A stretch of DNA of 64,000 nt from an uncultured virus (IMG/VR IMGVR_UViG_3300025070_000023) (lineage: Duplodnaviria > Heunggongvirae > Uroviricota > Caudoviricetes): the IMG/VR virus record IMGVR_UViG_3300025070_000023. One strand, written 5' to 3'. Positions 9,385-21,123 of this stretch are shown piece after piece; within the stretch, counting starts at the first letter, position 1, and each line of letters starts with the position of its first letter. Under the pieces are notes generated by a model. That model was not told where the DNA came from and did not search any database. It saw only the letters and a program-made list of their open reading frames with translations. The translations under genes and the position numbers were made by a program.

Positions 9385-11007
9385 TCATCCTATTCTTATC
9401 CAAGTATTATTACCACTACAAACAAAGGTAGCGGCCTTAAAAGATTCTATATCGTCTAAAGCACTAGCCGCACCGCCATTGATAGTTGCTGAATTAGAAA
9501 CGGCTATTTGTCCGTTTATTGCTGAACTTGTTTCATTAAATACTGTAAATTGAACACCTACGCTAGTAGCATTATTTATCGAAGGTAAAGTTAAATTAGA
9601 ACTAGCATTGGTAAATATAACTAATGTTCCTGAATCTCCAATAGTGGGAGCATAAGTAGCCGCACCAACAACAGCAGTTGTCGCTCTAGAATTTAATCCT
9701 GCATGAGTTGTGGCATTAGCAATAGTATCGGGTTGCCCTACACTTGCCACAATAGTTGAAACTGTATCGTCATCTTCATCAATCATAGATACGCCAAATT
9801 TAAGATTACCGCCTTTATCAAACAACCCATGACTTTCAGCCGAAAATGCGGCAATAAAAGCAGAAGATTCTAAAACCGAAGAAGGCACATTTCCATCAGT
9901 AGAATCAAAACCAACTCCACCGAGCAAGTTTCCTGTAATTGTTGTAGTATCTTCTCTAACTATCATTATCCCATTTTTACCATCAGTACCAGTATGACTG
10001 ACTTGAAAAGCATTAGCAGGAGTTGTAGTTCCGATACCTACTTTTCCTGAATCTTTTATCCTCATTCTTTCTGTTATTCCTGCATTTGCGTCATTAGTTG
10101 AAAATACTAAACTTCCATCATTAACTCCATCTGCTTCATTAAGTGCTGAAATTCTAGCACCAACATAAGAAGTTGGCCCACTATTAGAGTCATAGTTCTT
10201 TAAATCTATTTGTGCGAAAGCGGCCCCAGTTGCGAATCTTGCACCCTCAATAGTAAGTGTTGTAGTAATGCCGGTATCACCAGTTCTCGCTAATGTTCCA
10301 TCTCCCTTAACTTCTAATTTTGTGGTGGGGGAAGCCGTACCAATACCTACTCTTTTTTCGGAAGCATTTATTCTCATAACTTCTGCTCCTGCCGTATTAC
10401 CGTCTTTTACTTTGAAAATAATATCTTTATCTGCTTCTTTTGCTTCTATTTCTATATTTCCTGCATTAGATTGTATTGTTAATCCTTCTGTGTATTCGTT
10501 GTTATTATTTTCTCTAGCAATACTCAAACTGCTAGTTTTTTTATCGGCAGTTAAATATTGTATTTCCGGTGCGGTGGAACCGCCTAAATATTTTATTACT
10601 GCTACTATGGTATCTCCTGCGGTCAAATCGGGTATTGTATTTGTGGTAGTAGAAGTTCTCAAAAGTATTTGCGTAGAACCGCTAGAAGATGGTTTAGGTG
10701 CAACCACTAAATGAAAACTATTTATCGGAGGGGCAATTGCTATAGTTTGAGCATTACCAGTTACACCACATCTTTTCCCTTCTATTATTCCTATTCCCGC
10801 AGTAACAGTAACAAAATTATTTCCAGTGCTTCCTTGTGCAGAAGAATTACTTATAGTAATATCACACCCACTGATAATAGACCTATCCGACATAGCCCCG
10901 TTTAGTGCTTTAATTAGTCCACTATGAGGAAAATCTACTGCGTCTTTTATTTGATTAAGTGGGCTTGCATTACTTGATGTGCTAAAATAATTAGGGTTAC
11001 TTACCAT
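9385..11007 (-). CDS. Tail fibre/receptor-binding protein
   Basis: Repeated MRI...VGIGT.SP motifs typical of tail fibres. Confidence 0.7.
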   Translation of the reverse strand: MVSNPNYFSTSSNASPLNQIKDAVDFPHSGLIKALNGAMSDRSIISGCDITISNSSAQGSTGNNFVTVTAGIGIIEGKRCGVTGNAQTIAIAPPINSFHLVVAPKPSSSGSTQILLRTSTTTNTIPDLTAGDTIVAVIKYLGGSTAPEIQYLTADKKTSSLSIARENNNNEYTEGLTIQSNAGNIEIEAKEADKDIIFKVKDGNTAGAEVMRINASEKRVGIGTASPTTKLEVKGDGTLARTGDTGITTTLTIEGARFATGAAFAQIDLKNYDSNSGPTSYVGARISALNEADGVNDGSLVFSTNDANAGITERMRIKDSGKVGIGTTTPANAFQVSHTGTDGKNGIMIVREDTTTITGNLLGGVGFDSTDGNVPSSVLESSAFIAAFSAESHGLFDKGGNLKFGVSMIDEDDDTVSTIVASVGQPDTIANATTHAGLNSRATTAVVGAATYAPTIGDSGTLVIFTNASSNLTLPSINNATSVGVQFTVFNETSSAINGQIAVSNSATINGGAASALDDIESFKAATFVCSGNNTWIRIG

Positions 11008-11008
11008 T

Positions 11009-11350
11009 CTACTCTACCTCCATTGTTATGAAAATTTCAAGAGTTTCACTATTTGTTATCGGCCCAACTGCGTCAAAATTAATTCTTTGAAGCATATCGG
11101 GTGTAGAATTAAAAAGACCGACTTCTCTAATGGTCTTGCCATTTAAAGCAGAACCGGAAATTGTTAATTTAACATCTATAACTCCTCCCGTTTGACTAAC
11201 TGTTGTCGAGAGTCCTGTTAGGAGAGGAACATCTAATACATTGTTACTCGGATTAGTTGAATTTCCTCCTTGGCCAACAGCCCCCGAACCACTAGTTAAT
11301 GCGGTGTTCAATTGGGAAGCGATAAATTCTCTCATTTTTTCTGTTATCAT
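11009..11350 (-). CDS. Small tail/baseplate protein
   Basis: TIREVGLF motif; position in tail module. Confidence 0.55.
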   Translation of the reverse strand: MITEKMREFIASQLNTALTSGSGAVGQGGNSTNPSNNVLDVPLLTGLSTTVSQTGGVIDVKLTISGSALNGKTIREVGLFNSTPDMLQRINFDAVGPITNSETLEIFITMEVE

Positions 11351-14300
11351 ATTAAGTCCTCCTCTTTCAGCAAGGTTGCTGTACTAGAACCACCTATACC
11401 TAGTGGAGTTGTGTTTGTATTTAGTGTTGTTGTAAAACCTAAAGTTGCTCCCGAAGTTGCTCTCTTCCTAATGGTTAGAGAGATTGGCTTAACCTTAATT
11501 TTTTCTAAGAAGTCTAAAGAAGGGGTTTTTGATATATAGTCCTGCGACCTGTTTTTGTTTGCATTGTTCTGTGTTTTAAGCAATAATTCTGAAAATACAT
11601 CTTCTAATCTTTTAGAATATCTGCCTATTTCTAAAGTAACAAAGCCGAACAATTCGTGATTTACATTCAATACTAAGAAATTAGATAGTCCAATATTTTC
11701 TTGCTTAGATTCAAACTGTATTATATCCCCTGCTTTTACTTGTTCTACGCCTGTTGGTATTACCTTTATTTTGTGCTTTATGTTTAGATTACCGTGTATG
11801 TCTAGTAGTTTAGAAGCCTGTCTGTCTACCTCTTGTTGGGTAAGTAAACTACCATCCACTTCTTCTAGTGTTTTTCTTCCTATCTTATTTATGCTGTTTA
11901 GATTTCTTTTTGTTCCTTTATGTGCCGCACCATAAACAATAACTTCATTATAAAAGTCAAATGTTGTTTTAGTAGATTCAAATTCTATTAATTTATCATC
12001 ATCAATAAGTATATTTGTTACTAGACTAGAATCGCTATGAGGAACTACAGAAAAGACTCCTTCTGTTTCTAATAGCCTCAAATCTTTTTTCTTTAATAAG
12101 AAATTTATAGCAGTAAAGGCAGAAACACCTCTAAACTCCGGTGCAACAAACAAAGGATATGTTATGGTAGAATTAGTGAACTCTATTCCTTCTTCTTCAA
12201 ATATTTCATTGATTAGAGATTCTGTTTCATCTGTTATTGTAACTGTAGAACCAATACAGGCTCTAGTTGGATTTATTTTTAATTCTTCTAATGAGTCCAC
12301 AATAAAGGTTTGCGAAACTGAAATGACACCGTTTAATTTCTTCTTATTTGGTATAACCAAAGCATCTGCTGAACCAATCTTCGTGCATTTTGTGTTGCTT
12401 TTAAAAGAGTTTTTGCCATCACTAAAGAACAAATCTAAGTCTCCCTCTCCCAAAGGATTGACAGTCGAGACTAAATTACCACTACCTTGTTTATCTGCGT
12501 CTAAGGCAACATACATAGACAATACTGCTTCGTTTGTTGTTTCGTATTGTCTACCACCTTCAGTAAAGAAATAATTATTTTTTTGTTTTCCATACATTTC
12601 CTTAGAGTTTGCCTTTTTAGTGTATTCTGCTCTAGGAACAAGCAACTCGATATTATCCGGTGAGGTTTCATAAAAACATACAGGATTAGGTTGCATGACT
12701 CTATAAGCAGTATCATCAATTAACTCCGCCTCCGTATATATTTCTACATCTGCGGAAGCCTCGTTTACTTCATGAGCATAAACATATATTGGAGTGGTTT
12801 TAACTCCTATAATAGAATCTACAGAATTAACGGTAGAAGAACCGCTTTCCGGCACTAAATAACAGCCTGTTAAATCAACAAAACTTAACCATGCAGTTTT
12901 TTCAGAATGTGTGGGTGTGAATACAGTTTTGTAAATATCTCCACCGGATGATTTATGAGTGTTAGAGTTTCCTTGCCCCGATTGATTTGAGTCATAAAAT
13001 AGACGGAGTTTGAATCCTAAATAAGCACCATCGGCAGGTGAACGGTCATCGGATGTTCTATAGTTATGGAAAGTAGTATCGGTTGTTCTAAAAAATTGTT
13101 TAAAGTGCCTTAGTGAAGCGATTTTTACTATTTCTACACCGCCTATATGTGTTCCTCCGGCATTATTTGTAGTAGTGGAATCACCCAAAACGCCTGTGCA
13201 ATTTCCTGCTTCAAGTTTATGAAAAGAGTCTTCTATTCCGTATCTATCTAAAACTACACCTATTGTTCCACCAAAAGAGTTATTGCCTAAATCCGGATTC
13301 CCTGCTCTAAATAGATTCTGCGCTCTAGGTATGGTAAAAGCACCATTATGGTCAATAGTATAAAATTGGCTTGTAAACATTTTTTGTGGGAAGATAGTAG
13401 GCAAAACCAGTTCGGTATGGTTGTTATGAATTATCGCTGTGCCACCGTTTTTGCCCCTAGCATAGTCGTTGGGTTCTTGTCCATAATCATAGTTTTGATT
13501 ATAAGGAACAATAGCCCCTTTTAACGGGTGATAGCCGGCATCTCCATCGGCATCTATGCTATCCTTTCCATCTCTACCTCTAATGTTACTACCATAAATG
13601 CCTTTAACCAAAACAGGATTAGCGTGAGTTACTGAAAAACTAGGAGTATAAACATCATCTGCCGCATTTCTTACAATATTTACAGTTGAAGTGTTAGATT
13701 GGCTTCCATCAACTTTACCTATAAATTTATTTTGAGCCGTCCAAATTTGGTCGGTGTCCGATACATTTACATTAGATGCAAATGTTACTGTGGGAGGATT
13801 ACTTTGACCATTTATTCCAGTAATGTTAGGCAATATTATAGCGTCTTTCACAAAGAACGCTTCAACAAATGAATTGGGAGGATTAGGATATACTTCATTT
13901 ACATTCTTTTCGGGATTTATTAAGATAAAATTTTCATCATAAACACATTCTGTAAGTCTCATCAAGTTACACCTTTTAAGAGAATGAAGTTCTTGATTTG
14001 TGCTAAAAGATAAAGTTTGAAAGTTAGAGTCTTTAACAATAACATTATCATTTTGTGTCTTAGTTGTTCCATCTGTTAAAAACAAATTATAATCATTTAC
14101 TTCTTTTAGAGGAGAAAGTATGCTTCCACTTCTTAAGGAATAATACGGTAAAATATCACAGGTTATGTATAAAAATAACCTAGTAAAAGAATAGTCTTTA
14201 CTGTTGTAAATATAGGTTGTTGAAGATTTAGACATCCTAGAATCATGTAAGTTAATGGCCGTAGGAAAATTTCTGTTATTTCTTGTTAAAGAAGTTATAT

Positions 14301-17300
14301 TGCTACCGAAAGGGCTAGTTAATCCCCTCATATCATACGGTATTTTTCTATTAGTATCTGTTTTGTTTTCTTCTATAACATTATCTAACCCCGAATTGAC
14401 ATTTGGTTTAAATTGATAACAAGTGAAATTTTTGGTAAAATTACTCCCTCTACTACCATATAACTGTTGTAAAACATTATCATTATTATTAAAACTCTCA
14501 ATAAAATTAAAACTTTCGTGCGCTATTCTCCTTGTGTCGGAGTTAAATGTTTTGTAAATAGGCATTCCGAATATCGTGGCAATATCTGTAGTATTCAAGT
14601 GCATGTTAAAGGGAACCAATCCTCTCCCTACAGGTGATGAGTTTATTCTGTGATGAGGTATTGTAATCATTTTTCCTCCCCAAAGATGTGCCGAGTTTAT
14701 TAGATTGATGTGACTCCTTTTTCTAGTCGAATAATAAATAGTATCTCCGGTAGTAAAGTGTAGTTGTGTTCCGCTATTTGTTTCGGTTCTATCCAATGAT
14801 ACCATTATTATGTCTGTGTTTGTAGATGGAGTGCCACTAGCATATAAATTAGCAGATGTTTGTCTTATGTATATATCTAATACATATCCTATGAAGGCTT
14901 TAGTATCAGTAGTTCCGTCAAAATTATCAGCATATAGAGGGTCGCCAATATTTACATTAGCAGATAATGAATTAGTTAAAAAGGATGCCGTTCTACTTGA
15001 AGAACTATGTGCCGTAACTGTTGCGGCAGTAAGATATGTGGTTTCTATTCTGTCATTTGCTAAACCTTCATAAGTTATTTTTCTGCCTAAACTTAAAGGC
15101 ATATATGGTGCTAATTCTATTTCTGTAACATTATCTTTTTTGGTTGTTGAAACCACTTCAAAATCTATCAAACTATCAACTGTATCAAAATTACTTTCTC
15201 CATTATTTCCTATTTCGTCCTTTAATTTACATTGAAAGGCATTGTCATTAGCAATACTAGAAGGTTCATGCATTTGATAACCTATGGCTCTATTATCTGT
15301 TGAAGAATATTTACCAGTAGTTAAATCAAAAGAACCAAAAGAAGATGTATCTACTAAACTATCTCCTTCTGCTCCATTTAAATCTAAACCTAAATTCATG
15401 TTTCCCGCAGTAAATATAAGTCCTTTATTAGCAGTTCCTATCAACGAAGTTGCAGAAGAAGAAATGTGAGAAGAACCTAGTGCTTTTGTGAACATATAAT
15501 TTTTTTCAGTCTGTTTGTATATTGTTTCTCCTGCCGCTATTTTTACTAGGGAATTAGTTATGCTAACTTTAACATGATTTGAATTATTATAGACAGTAAG
15601 GGAATTAGATGTTACTCTCCCTATAAAACCACTAGCCGTAAACAATAAATCTCCTTTAACCGGAACAGATGTTAAGTTTCCTTGCGTTACTCCTAATTGT
15701 ATTTCTGTAGCAAAACAATTAGTGGAGTTAGGCGCACTACCGCCATTCCCTATAACCGCAGTTAGTTTATTATATGGACTTAGTGAGGAATAAACAATAT
15801 CTTCACTAAATAAAGCATTTTTATTTACTACAGGAGAAAGAAGTTTATTCATCGAGTCTCTTCCTTTTATATCTAAATAGGTTTGACCTTCCTCTTTTAT
15901 TTGATTAATCTCTTCTACTTCTCCTGTGAATCTTGTAGAAAATACTCTATATTCTCCTTTAGCAAACTTAACTGCTTCTACCCCATAATAACTTTTAAAC
16001 TCATTATCATCTAAAAGACCATTAAAAGTTAAAGTTGATTGGTCAATGTTTTTTGCTGTGACTTCTCCGAATAAATTTTTAAGGTTTCCAGATGTAAAAA
16101 CTATTTCTAGTTTATCAACTCCGCCACTTAAATCCATAGTTGTAAATATTCTTTGATTTGTATAATCTAAAGCCCTTCTTTGTAAAGTATCTCCTACAGT
16201 TGGATTAAAGGTAACTGAAGTAAATGTATTCTTTCCTGCTTCTCTTTTTTCTGCCCTTACTGTTATGTTCGTGCCACTAACGGCCTCTACTAACATAATT
16301 GTAGTTCCTAATCTTATTTCGTCTCCAACTCCCAATACTGTTTGTAAGTTGTATTCAGTATCAAAGACAAATACATTTGTGGATGAAGTAGAAGAATAAG
16401 TGGCCTTTAAATCAACAAAGTCGTTTAAGTTACCAATGTGAACTAATTGCTTTGTTTGGTATAGAGTATGTTCCTCTATCTTTTTTCGCATAATTCTAGC
16501 GTTATCTATAATTCTAGTTTCGGAAAAACTACCCTGCTCTATTGAATCTTCGGTTTCGTGTTGAGAAACTCCCGTAACTATGTTAGCACTTTTCGGAGAA
16601 GTATCGTAGTGTAAATATTTAGTTGGGCCGGTTTGAAACCAAGTTGAATCAATATTGTTATTATCGTCTCTTCTAGCGTTTGGATAGGCTAATGTATAAT
16701 TTGTATAATCTGTAGTAATAGAATCTGCACCATTGAAAGTGAAATTTAATAATGTAGTTCCCGAAGGAGTTGTGCCGAAACCATCTTCGTCTATATTTCT
16801 CAATACATCTGTCACTGTCACTGTTAATCCAAACTTACTATAATCAATAATTCTTTTACCGAAGTCTTGTTGTGTTCTAAATACTACCCCTGTAGTACCT
16901 GTTCCCATTTGGATTGTTCCGTTTCCAGTCCTAGAATTCATATGAGCAATATATTTTCTATTGTGATTTAATTCATTTTTCTTATCCAATTTACCATGAC
17001 CAGACGAAATTTCTTTATTATTATAAAAATAAAAATGCGGTCTTGCACAAACAATATTATTTTTTAGATTATAGGTGCTTTCTTGTTTTAGCCCAATTGA
17101 TAATGCTACTATTGAATCGTTATTTACTCCGGTAATAACTCTATATTTTGTTCCTTTTGGTATTTCATTACCCATTCTTGGTTCGAACTCAAAGGCATCT
17201 CCGGTAGTAGTTCCGTTTCCGCTATCTTCCGCTACTAGATTAGTTATTTTAGCAAAATGATGTTTAGCAGGGTCATCCGAATGTATTAAAACAAAATAGT

Positions 17301-17547
17301 CAATTGTTCCGAAAGAAGATAGAGTTAATAAATTACTGCCATCCGTATCGTGTTTAATTCTAAATCCTTTAGTATTTGTTTGGTTAGAGACTTCGCTACC
17401 TATAGTAAAGGTAGAATTGCCGTTTTCTCTATCTTGTATCAAAACAGCAAATAAATCCCCATCAGTAATTGATGAATCTGCAAATTTAGGATTTGTTGGA
17501 GACTCATCCCTGTTAGCCTGTGTATTAGGGCTTACATCTATAGCCAT
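11347..17547 (-). CDS. Very large tail tip/baseplate hub-like protein (2066 aa)
   Basis: Position downstream of TMP; FTGEVE...IKGRD and C-terminal YNEVIVYG...GDII hub-like segments. Confidence 0.6.
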   Translation of the reverse strand: MAIDVSPNTQANRDESPTNPKFADSSITDGDLFAVLIQDRENGNSTFTIGSEVSNQTNTKGFRIKHDTDGSNLLTLSSFGTIDYFVLIHSDDPAKHHFAKITNLVAEDSGNGTTTGDAFEFEPRMGNEIPKGTKYRVITGVNNDSIVALSIGLKQESTYNLKNNIVCARPHFYFYNNKEISSGHGKLDKKNELNHNRKYIAHMNSRTGNGTIQMGTGTTGVVFRTQQDFGKRIIDYSKFGLTVTVTDVLRNIDEDGFGTTPSGTTLLNFTFNGADSITTDYTNYTLAYPNARRDDNNNIDSTWFQTGPTKYLHYDTSPKSANIVTGVSQHETEDSIEQGSFSETRIIDNARIMRKKIEEHTLYQTKQLVHIGNLNDFVDLKATYSSTSSTNVFVFDTEYNLQTVLGVGDEIRLGTTIMLVEAVSGTNITVRAEKREAGKNTFTSVTFNPTVGDTLQRRALDYTNQRIFTTMDLSGGVDKLEIVFTSGNLKNLFGEVTAKNIDQSTLTFNGLLDDNEFKSYYGVEAVKFAKGEYRVFSTRFTGEVEEINQIKEEGQTYLDIKGRDSMNKLLSPVVNKNALFSEDIVYSSLSPYNKLTAVIGNGGSAPNSTNCFATEIQLGVTQGNLTSVPVKGDLLFTASGFIGRVTSNSLTVYNNSNHVKVSITNSLVKIAAGETIYKQTEKNYMFTKALGSSHISSSATSLIGTANKGLIFTAGNMNLGLDLNGAEGDSLVDTSSFGSFDLTTGKYSSTDNRAIGYQMHEPSSIANDNAFQCKLKDEIGNNGESNFDTVDSLIDFEVVSTTKKDNVTEIELAPYMPLSLGRKITYEGLANDRIETTYLTAATVTAHSSSSRTASFLTNSLSANVNIGDPLYADNFDGTTDTKAFIGYVLDIYIRQTSANLYASGTPSTNTDIIMVSLDRTETNSGTQLHFTTGDTIYYSTRKRSHINLINSAHLWGGKMITIPHHRINSSPVGRGLVPFNMHLNTTDIATIFGMPIYKTFNSDTRRIAHESFNFIESFNNNDNVLQQLYGSRGSNFTKNFTCYQFKPNVNSGLDNVIEENKTDTNRKIPYDMRGLTSPFGSNITSLTRNNRNFPTAINLHDSRMSKSSTTYIYNSKDYSFTRLFLYITCDILPYYSLRSGSILSPLKEVNDYNLFLTDGTTKTQNDNVIVKDSNFQTLSFSTNQELHSLKRCNLMRLTECVYDENFILINPEKNVNEVYPNPPNSFVEAFFVKDAIILPNITGINGQSNPPTVTFASNVNVSDTDQIWTAQNKFIGKVDGSQSNTSTVNIVRNAADDVYTPSFSVTHANPVLVKGIYGSNIRGRDGKDSIDADGDAGYHPLKGAIVPYNQNYDYGQEPNDYARGKNGGTAIIHNNHTELVLPTIFPQKMFTSQFYTIDHNGAFTIPRAQNLFRAGNPDLGNNSFGGTIGVVLDRYGIEDSFHKLEAGNCTGVLGDSTTTNNAGGTHIGGVEIVKIASLRHFKQFFRTTDTTFHNYRTSDDRSPADGAYLGFKLRLFYDSNQSGQGNSNTHKSSGGDIYKTVFTPTHSEKTAWLSFVDLTGCYLVPESGSSTVNSVDSIIGVKTTPIYVYAHEVNEASADVEIYTEAELIDDTAYRVMQPNPVCFYETSPDNIELLVPRAEYTKKANSKEMYGKQKNNYFFTEGGRQYETTNEAVLSMYVALDADKQGSGNLVSTVNPLGEGDLDLFFSDGKNSFKSNTKCTKIGSADALVIPNKKKLNGVISVSQTFIVDSLEELKINPTRACIGSTVTITDETESLINEIFEEEGIEFTNSTITYPLFVAPEFRGVSAFTAINFLLKKKDLRLLETEGVFSVVPHSDSSLVTNILIDDDKLIEFESTKTTFDFYNEVIVYGAAHKGTKRNLNSINKIGRKTLEEVDGSLLTQQEVDRQASKLLDIHGNLNIKHKIKVIPTGVEQVKAGDIIQFESKQENIGLSNFLVLNVNHELFGFVTLEIGRYSKRLEDVFSELLLKTQNNANKNRSQDYISKTPSLDFLEKIKVKPISLTIRKRATSGATLGFTTTLNTNTTPLGIGGSSTATLLKEEDLI

Positions 17548-18794
17548 TAAGCATCAACCTCCTCAAATCTAAGATAAAATAAAGTATTAGCATAGTTGGG
17601 TGTGAGATTGGTTATACTAGAAAATTGACTCTTAACTGTATTTACAAAAGACATCTCATGTAATTCCCCCATAAATTGTTCATTAGTTACTGCACTTCTT
17701 TCCCCCTGCGGAACCGTACCTCCTCCGTTACCAATTGCCCCTCTATTTTCTAGGCTAGCATCAAAAGCACCGCCATGTGTTCCAGTAGCATTAGCACCAA
17801 TATACATATTTTCTCTTAAAAACTCAAATGTTTCTGTGCTAGAACTAGTGCCTGTAAATATTAAACTACCATCTAAGAATATATTTATTCTCTTATCGGT
17901 ATCATCATAAGAACAAGCAACATGAAAAAGATTATTTACATATGCACAATCTTTTTCGGCTTCAATAAATATTTCTGCTCCGGAATTCAATAGAGAAGTA
18001 TAGTCTGTAATTGGGCCACTACCAACATGAACGGTAAGAAAAGTAGTGGCAAGATTCTTCAGTGTTCCTATTTGAATATAAGAATTCCCATCCTTAACAA
18101 ATACATCCTGCGCTCCATGAACAGTTGAATTGACAGGAAATGCACTATTATGTACTACGAATGTTCCATTCATATTTCCTCCGGTATAGCCAAAAGAACC
18201 TGCGGCAGACTCTCCTAATTTTATAAATGTAGTTCTGCCATTTGCATCTAATCCATTGAAACTATCGGAAGATGAATATTTTACATATGTGTCTTTAGTT
18301 GGTTGTATCGCTATAGGACTAGTAAATGTTTCAATAGAATTACTGCCGAGTTTTAACTTTACAACTATTTTGTATTCTGCCGGATTCCTATAGTTATGCT
18401 TAGATACATTCTGTAGAAACACTTGGAAAGTCGGGCTATAAAATATTGTCATCCTATGGTCTAGTCTATCGCTTTTATACATATAATACTGATTTCCTTC
18501 GCCTGTCGTTCCCGTAAATCCCAAATCGGGAAATATTTTTTTTGAGTTAATTATAGAAATATGACTTTGATTAATAGTATATGCTCCCGACCCGTTAATA
18601 TCATATGGCGTTACTATAGCCTCAAATGTAAATGAACCCTGATGCGCCCAAATACCATAAGGAATATCATCACTAGTATCTGCTGATGTTGTAGCATCGG
18701 GAACATTCTTCGCATAATCAATTGTTAAGAAACCATTACACATTACGGGAAACACTAAACTTTTTTGTTTTCCTGCAAATATACTGTATGACAT
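17547..18794 (-). CDS. Tail protein with LamG/concanavalin A-like domain
   Basis: FTFEAIV, FHVACSYD...IFLDG, YIGAN, FMGELHE. Confidence 0.65.
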   Translation of the reverse strand: MSYSIFAGKQKSLVFPVMCNGFLTIDYAKNVPDATTSADTSDDIPYGIWAHQGSFTFEAIVTPYDINGSGAYTINQSHISIINSKKIFPDLGFTGTTGEGNQYYMYKSDRLDHRMTIFYSPTFQVFLQNVSKHNYRNPAEYKIVVKLKLGSNSIETFTSPIAIQPTKDTYVKYSSSDSFNGLDANGRTTFIKLGESAAGSFGYTGGNMNGTFVVHNSAFPVNSTVHGAQDVFVKDGNSYIQIGTLKNLATTFLTVHVGSGPITDYTSLLNSGAEIFIEAEKDCAYVNNLFHVACSYDDTDKRINIFLDGSLIFTGTSSSTETFEFLRENMYIGANATGTHGGAFDASLENRGAIGNGGGTVPQGERSAVTNEQFMGELHEMSFVNTVKSQFSSITNLTPNYANTLFYLRFEEVDA

Positions 18795-18803
18795 CTATTC
18801 ACC

Positions 18804-19463
18804 TCAAGGCAATACTGTGGCTATTGTAAATTCCATATTAAAACTAATCTCTACTGTTTCCGCATTCAAATCATAACTGAATTGAGAAACGAATCCTTTG
18901 ATTCCCGTAGTTGAACCCGCAGAAGGAAATGAAGTCGGTCTAACAATATTAGTATTATCTTTACTGAAAGCATCTCCTCTAGCGGCAAAGGTGAGAGGTA
19001 TTTGTTGTATAAGAGTTCCTAATTTAGTAACATTAGAGTCAGCCGCTTTACCTCTATCTTCATAATTTTCATTTACTTTAGAATCCATATAAACTAATAA
19101 TTCATTGAACGCTTGGTATCTAGTTAATCCTGTAGCATCCACACCGGAAGCAATCAACTGTGCTATTTCTTGAGCAGTAAATTCTAATGCTATAGGTGTG
19201 GCAGGATTTCCTGTTTCTGTGTGACTTCTTTTTATTTGTGTATCTAATATAAATCCTGTTAAAGTTAATCTTTTAGTTGCCATTCCTAAATCTAATGCTA
19301 TTTTTTCCGATTCACCTGTGGCTAATCCCGCAAACGGAATACTAATATTTGGAACGGTTTTATCTACAGAAACGCTAACTGATTGAACCTTTAATGGTAT
19401 AGTGTCTACAGCCAAATCAGTTCCACTAAATTTTTGTAGTTTCAAATAAACATAATCTACCAC
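18804..19463 (-). CDS. Putative distal tail protein
   Basis: Directly downstream of TMP; beta-rich. Confidence 0.5.
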   Translation of the reverse strand: MVDYVYLKLQKFSGTDLAVDTIPLKVQSVSVSVDKTVPNISIPFAGLATGESEKIALDLGMATKRLTLTGFILDTQIKRSHTETGNPATPIALEFTAQEIAQLIASGVDATGLTRYQAFNELLVYMDSKVNENYEDRGKAADSNVTKLGTLIQQIPLTFAARGDAFSKDNTNIVRPTSFPSAGSTTGIKGFVSQFSYDLNAETVEISFNMEFTIATVLP

Positions 19464-19472
19464 TTAATCACC

Positions 19473-21113
19473 TCACATCGAAGACCTGTTAGGTGTTCTT
19501 CTATTTATTTTAGAAGATACCATCCTACCTATTTCATCTGCTATTCTTCTCATTTCTGCCTTAGAAGTATCTTTAGCATTAATTGTTATATTATAATTAT
19601 TAACAACACCGCCTTTTGCGTTTCTAGCAATATTTCTACTATCATTATTACTATGAACTCTAGAGCCTCTTGGTAATGAAACTAATTCGGGGCCTTTTTC
19701 ACCAACAAGTTGCATTCCTGTTGTTACTGTTCCGCCACTAGAGAAAATTCCTATTTTTTCTCCTAGTTTCTTTAATAGTACACCTATTGCTGTAAGGATA
19801 ACTGCCCCTATAACGAATGGGAATCCATAAATAAATGCTAATACTGCGAAACCGATTATTAGTATTCTTTTCAAATTATCTTTTAGATTCCCTTTAAGGT
19901 TTAAGAAATCAACAATAAAGTGCGCTCCTTTTTCTAAAACCTTTAGACCGAATCCAACAACAAAACCAAGTAATCCCATAAATAATGCTCCTGCTATTGA
20001 AAATGCTACTTGTATTAATCCCCAAGCAAGAGTCCAAAATCCTTCTATTACTCCTAATAAGTCTCCGCTAATCATTGAATCATATATCTGTTTTATGCCT
20101 TCAAATACAAACCCTATTCCTTGCGTTATGGCAGGAAGAACCTTTAATACAAAACTTCCTGCTATTTCTAAGCCTCTCATTATTGGTTTTCTAAGAAGCA
20201 CGATAGCGGCAGTAATCAATACCATGTATAGCATAGCCATAAATAAGAATTTAGCCAAATTAATTAAAACTATTTTTCCAAATTTAAAAACGGTAGTCGC
20301 CACCATTCCCCACTTAGGGGATTTAAAGAACGCCTTTAATCGTTCCATTCCTGCTTTTCTTCTATCTGTTGCTTCTTTCTTAAGTATAGAAAGTCTATCT
20401 TTAATATCAATGTTTTTGCTAGCGGCATCAAAGGTTGATTGGTCAAAAAGTCCTCCAAATCTGTCACCGCCACCTGTTCTTCGGGCATTTTGTGATTGAG
20501 TTTGTAGCATTTGCTTTCCTGCAAAATAACCACCACCTTTAGAACTAGCCATAGAAAACACTTTGCCAACGGTACTATCAAAGGAAGGTAGTTTTTTACT
20601 TACTTTCAAAAAAGTAGTGAGCATACTATCGGCTCCTTCGCCTCCATCTCTAATTCCTCTCATAGCCGCACCCACGGCATCAAAAGAAGTAGCAAGTTGA
20701 TTTATTAATCTAAATGCCCCTCTAGGCATAAAACCATACATTATTCTTCTAGCAGAAGCCGCTTCCATTCCAAATAATCTAACTTCTTCCTTTCCTGATT
20801 TCATGAATGTAGCGAGATACTCAAAAGTAGTTCCTCCCGCCCTTCTATAATCAGCAAAAGTCTTTGCTCCTAAATTTAATTGGTCATTATTCATTTTAAG
20901 AACAGTATTTAGAATTTTTGTTCTTTTAGTGATTCCTTCGGTATTTTCTACAACTTCCCTTAATTCTCTTTTATTTTTTTTAGTAATTTTATTAGCCTGT
21001 TCCATTTGTTGTGTGTATTCTCGTTGTTCTTTATTTACTTCTTGTAAAGCAGTTTTGAAGGCTTTGAGCATTTGCTCATATTCCTCTTGTTTCTGCCTTA
21101 TTGTTTTTACCAT
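19473..21113 (-). CDS. Tape measure protein
   Basis: N-terminal coiled coil, hydrophobic helical middle, C-terminal GG...VGEKGPELV motif; follows chaperone genes. Confidence 0.75.
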   Translation of the reverse strand: MVKTIRQKQEEYEQMLKAFKTALQEVNKEQREYTQQMEQANKITKKNKRELREVVENTEGITKRTKILNTVLKMNNDQLNLGAKTFADYRRAGGTTFEYLATFMKSGKEEVRLFGMEAASARRIMYGFMPRGAFRLINQLATSFDAVGAAMRGIRDGGEGADSMLTTFLKVSKKLPSFDSTVGKVFSMASSKGGGYFAGKQMLQTQSQNARRTGGGDRFGGLFDQSTFDAASKNIDIKDRLSILKKEATDRRKAGMERLKAFFKSPKWGMVATTVFKFGKIVLINLAKFLFMAMLYMVLITAAIVLLRKPIMRGLEIAGSFVLKVLPAITQGIGFVFEGIKQIYDSMISGDLLGVIEGFWTLAWGLIQVAFSIAGALFMGLLGFVVGFGLKVLEKGAHFIVDFLNLKGNLKDNLKRILIIGFAVLAFIYGFPFVIGAVILTAIGVLLKKLGEKIGIFSSGGTVTTGMQLVGEKGPELVSLPRGSRVHSNNDSRNIARNAKGGVVNNYNITINAKDTSKAEMRRIADEIGRMVSSKINRRTPNRSSM

Positions 21114-21123
21114 AAAGAACCCC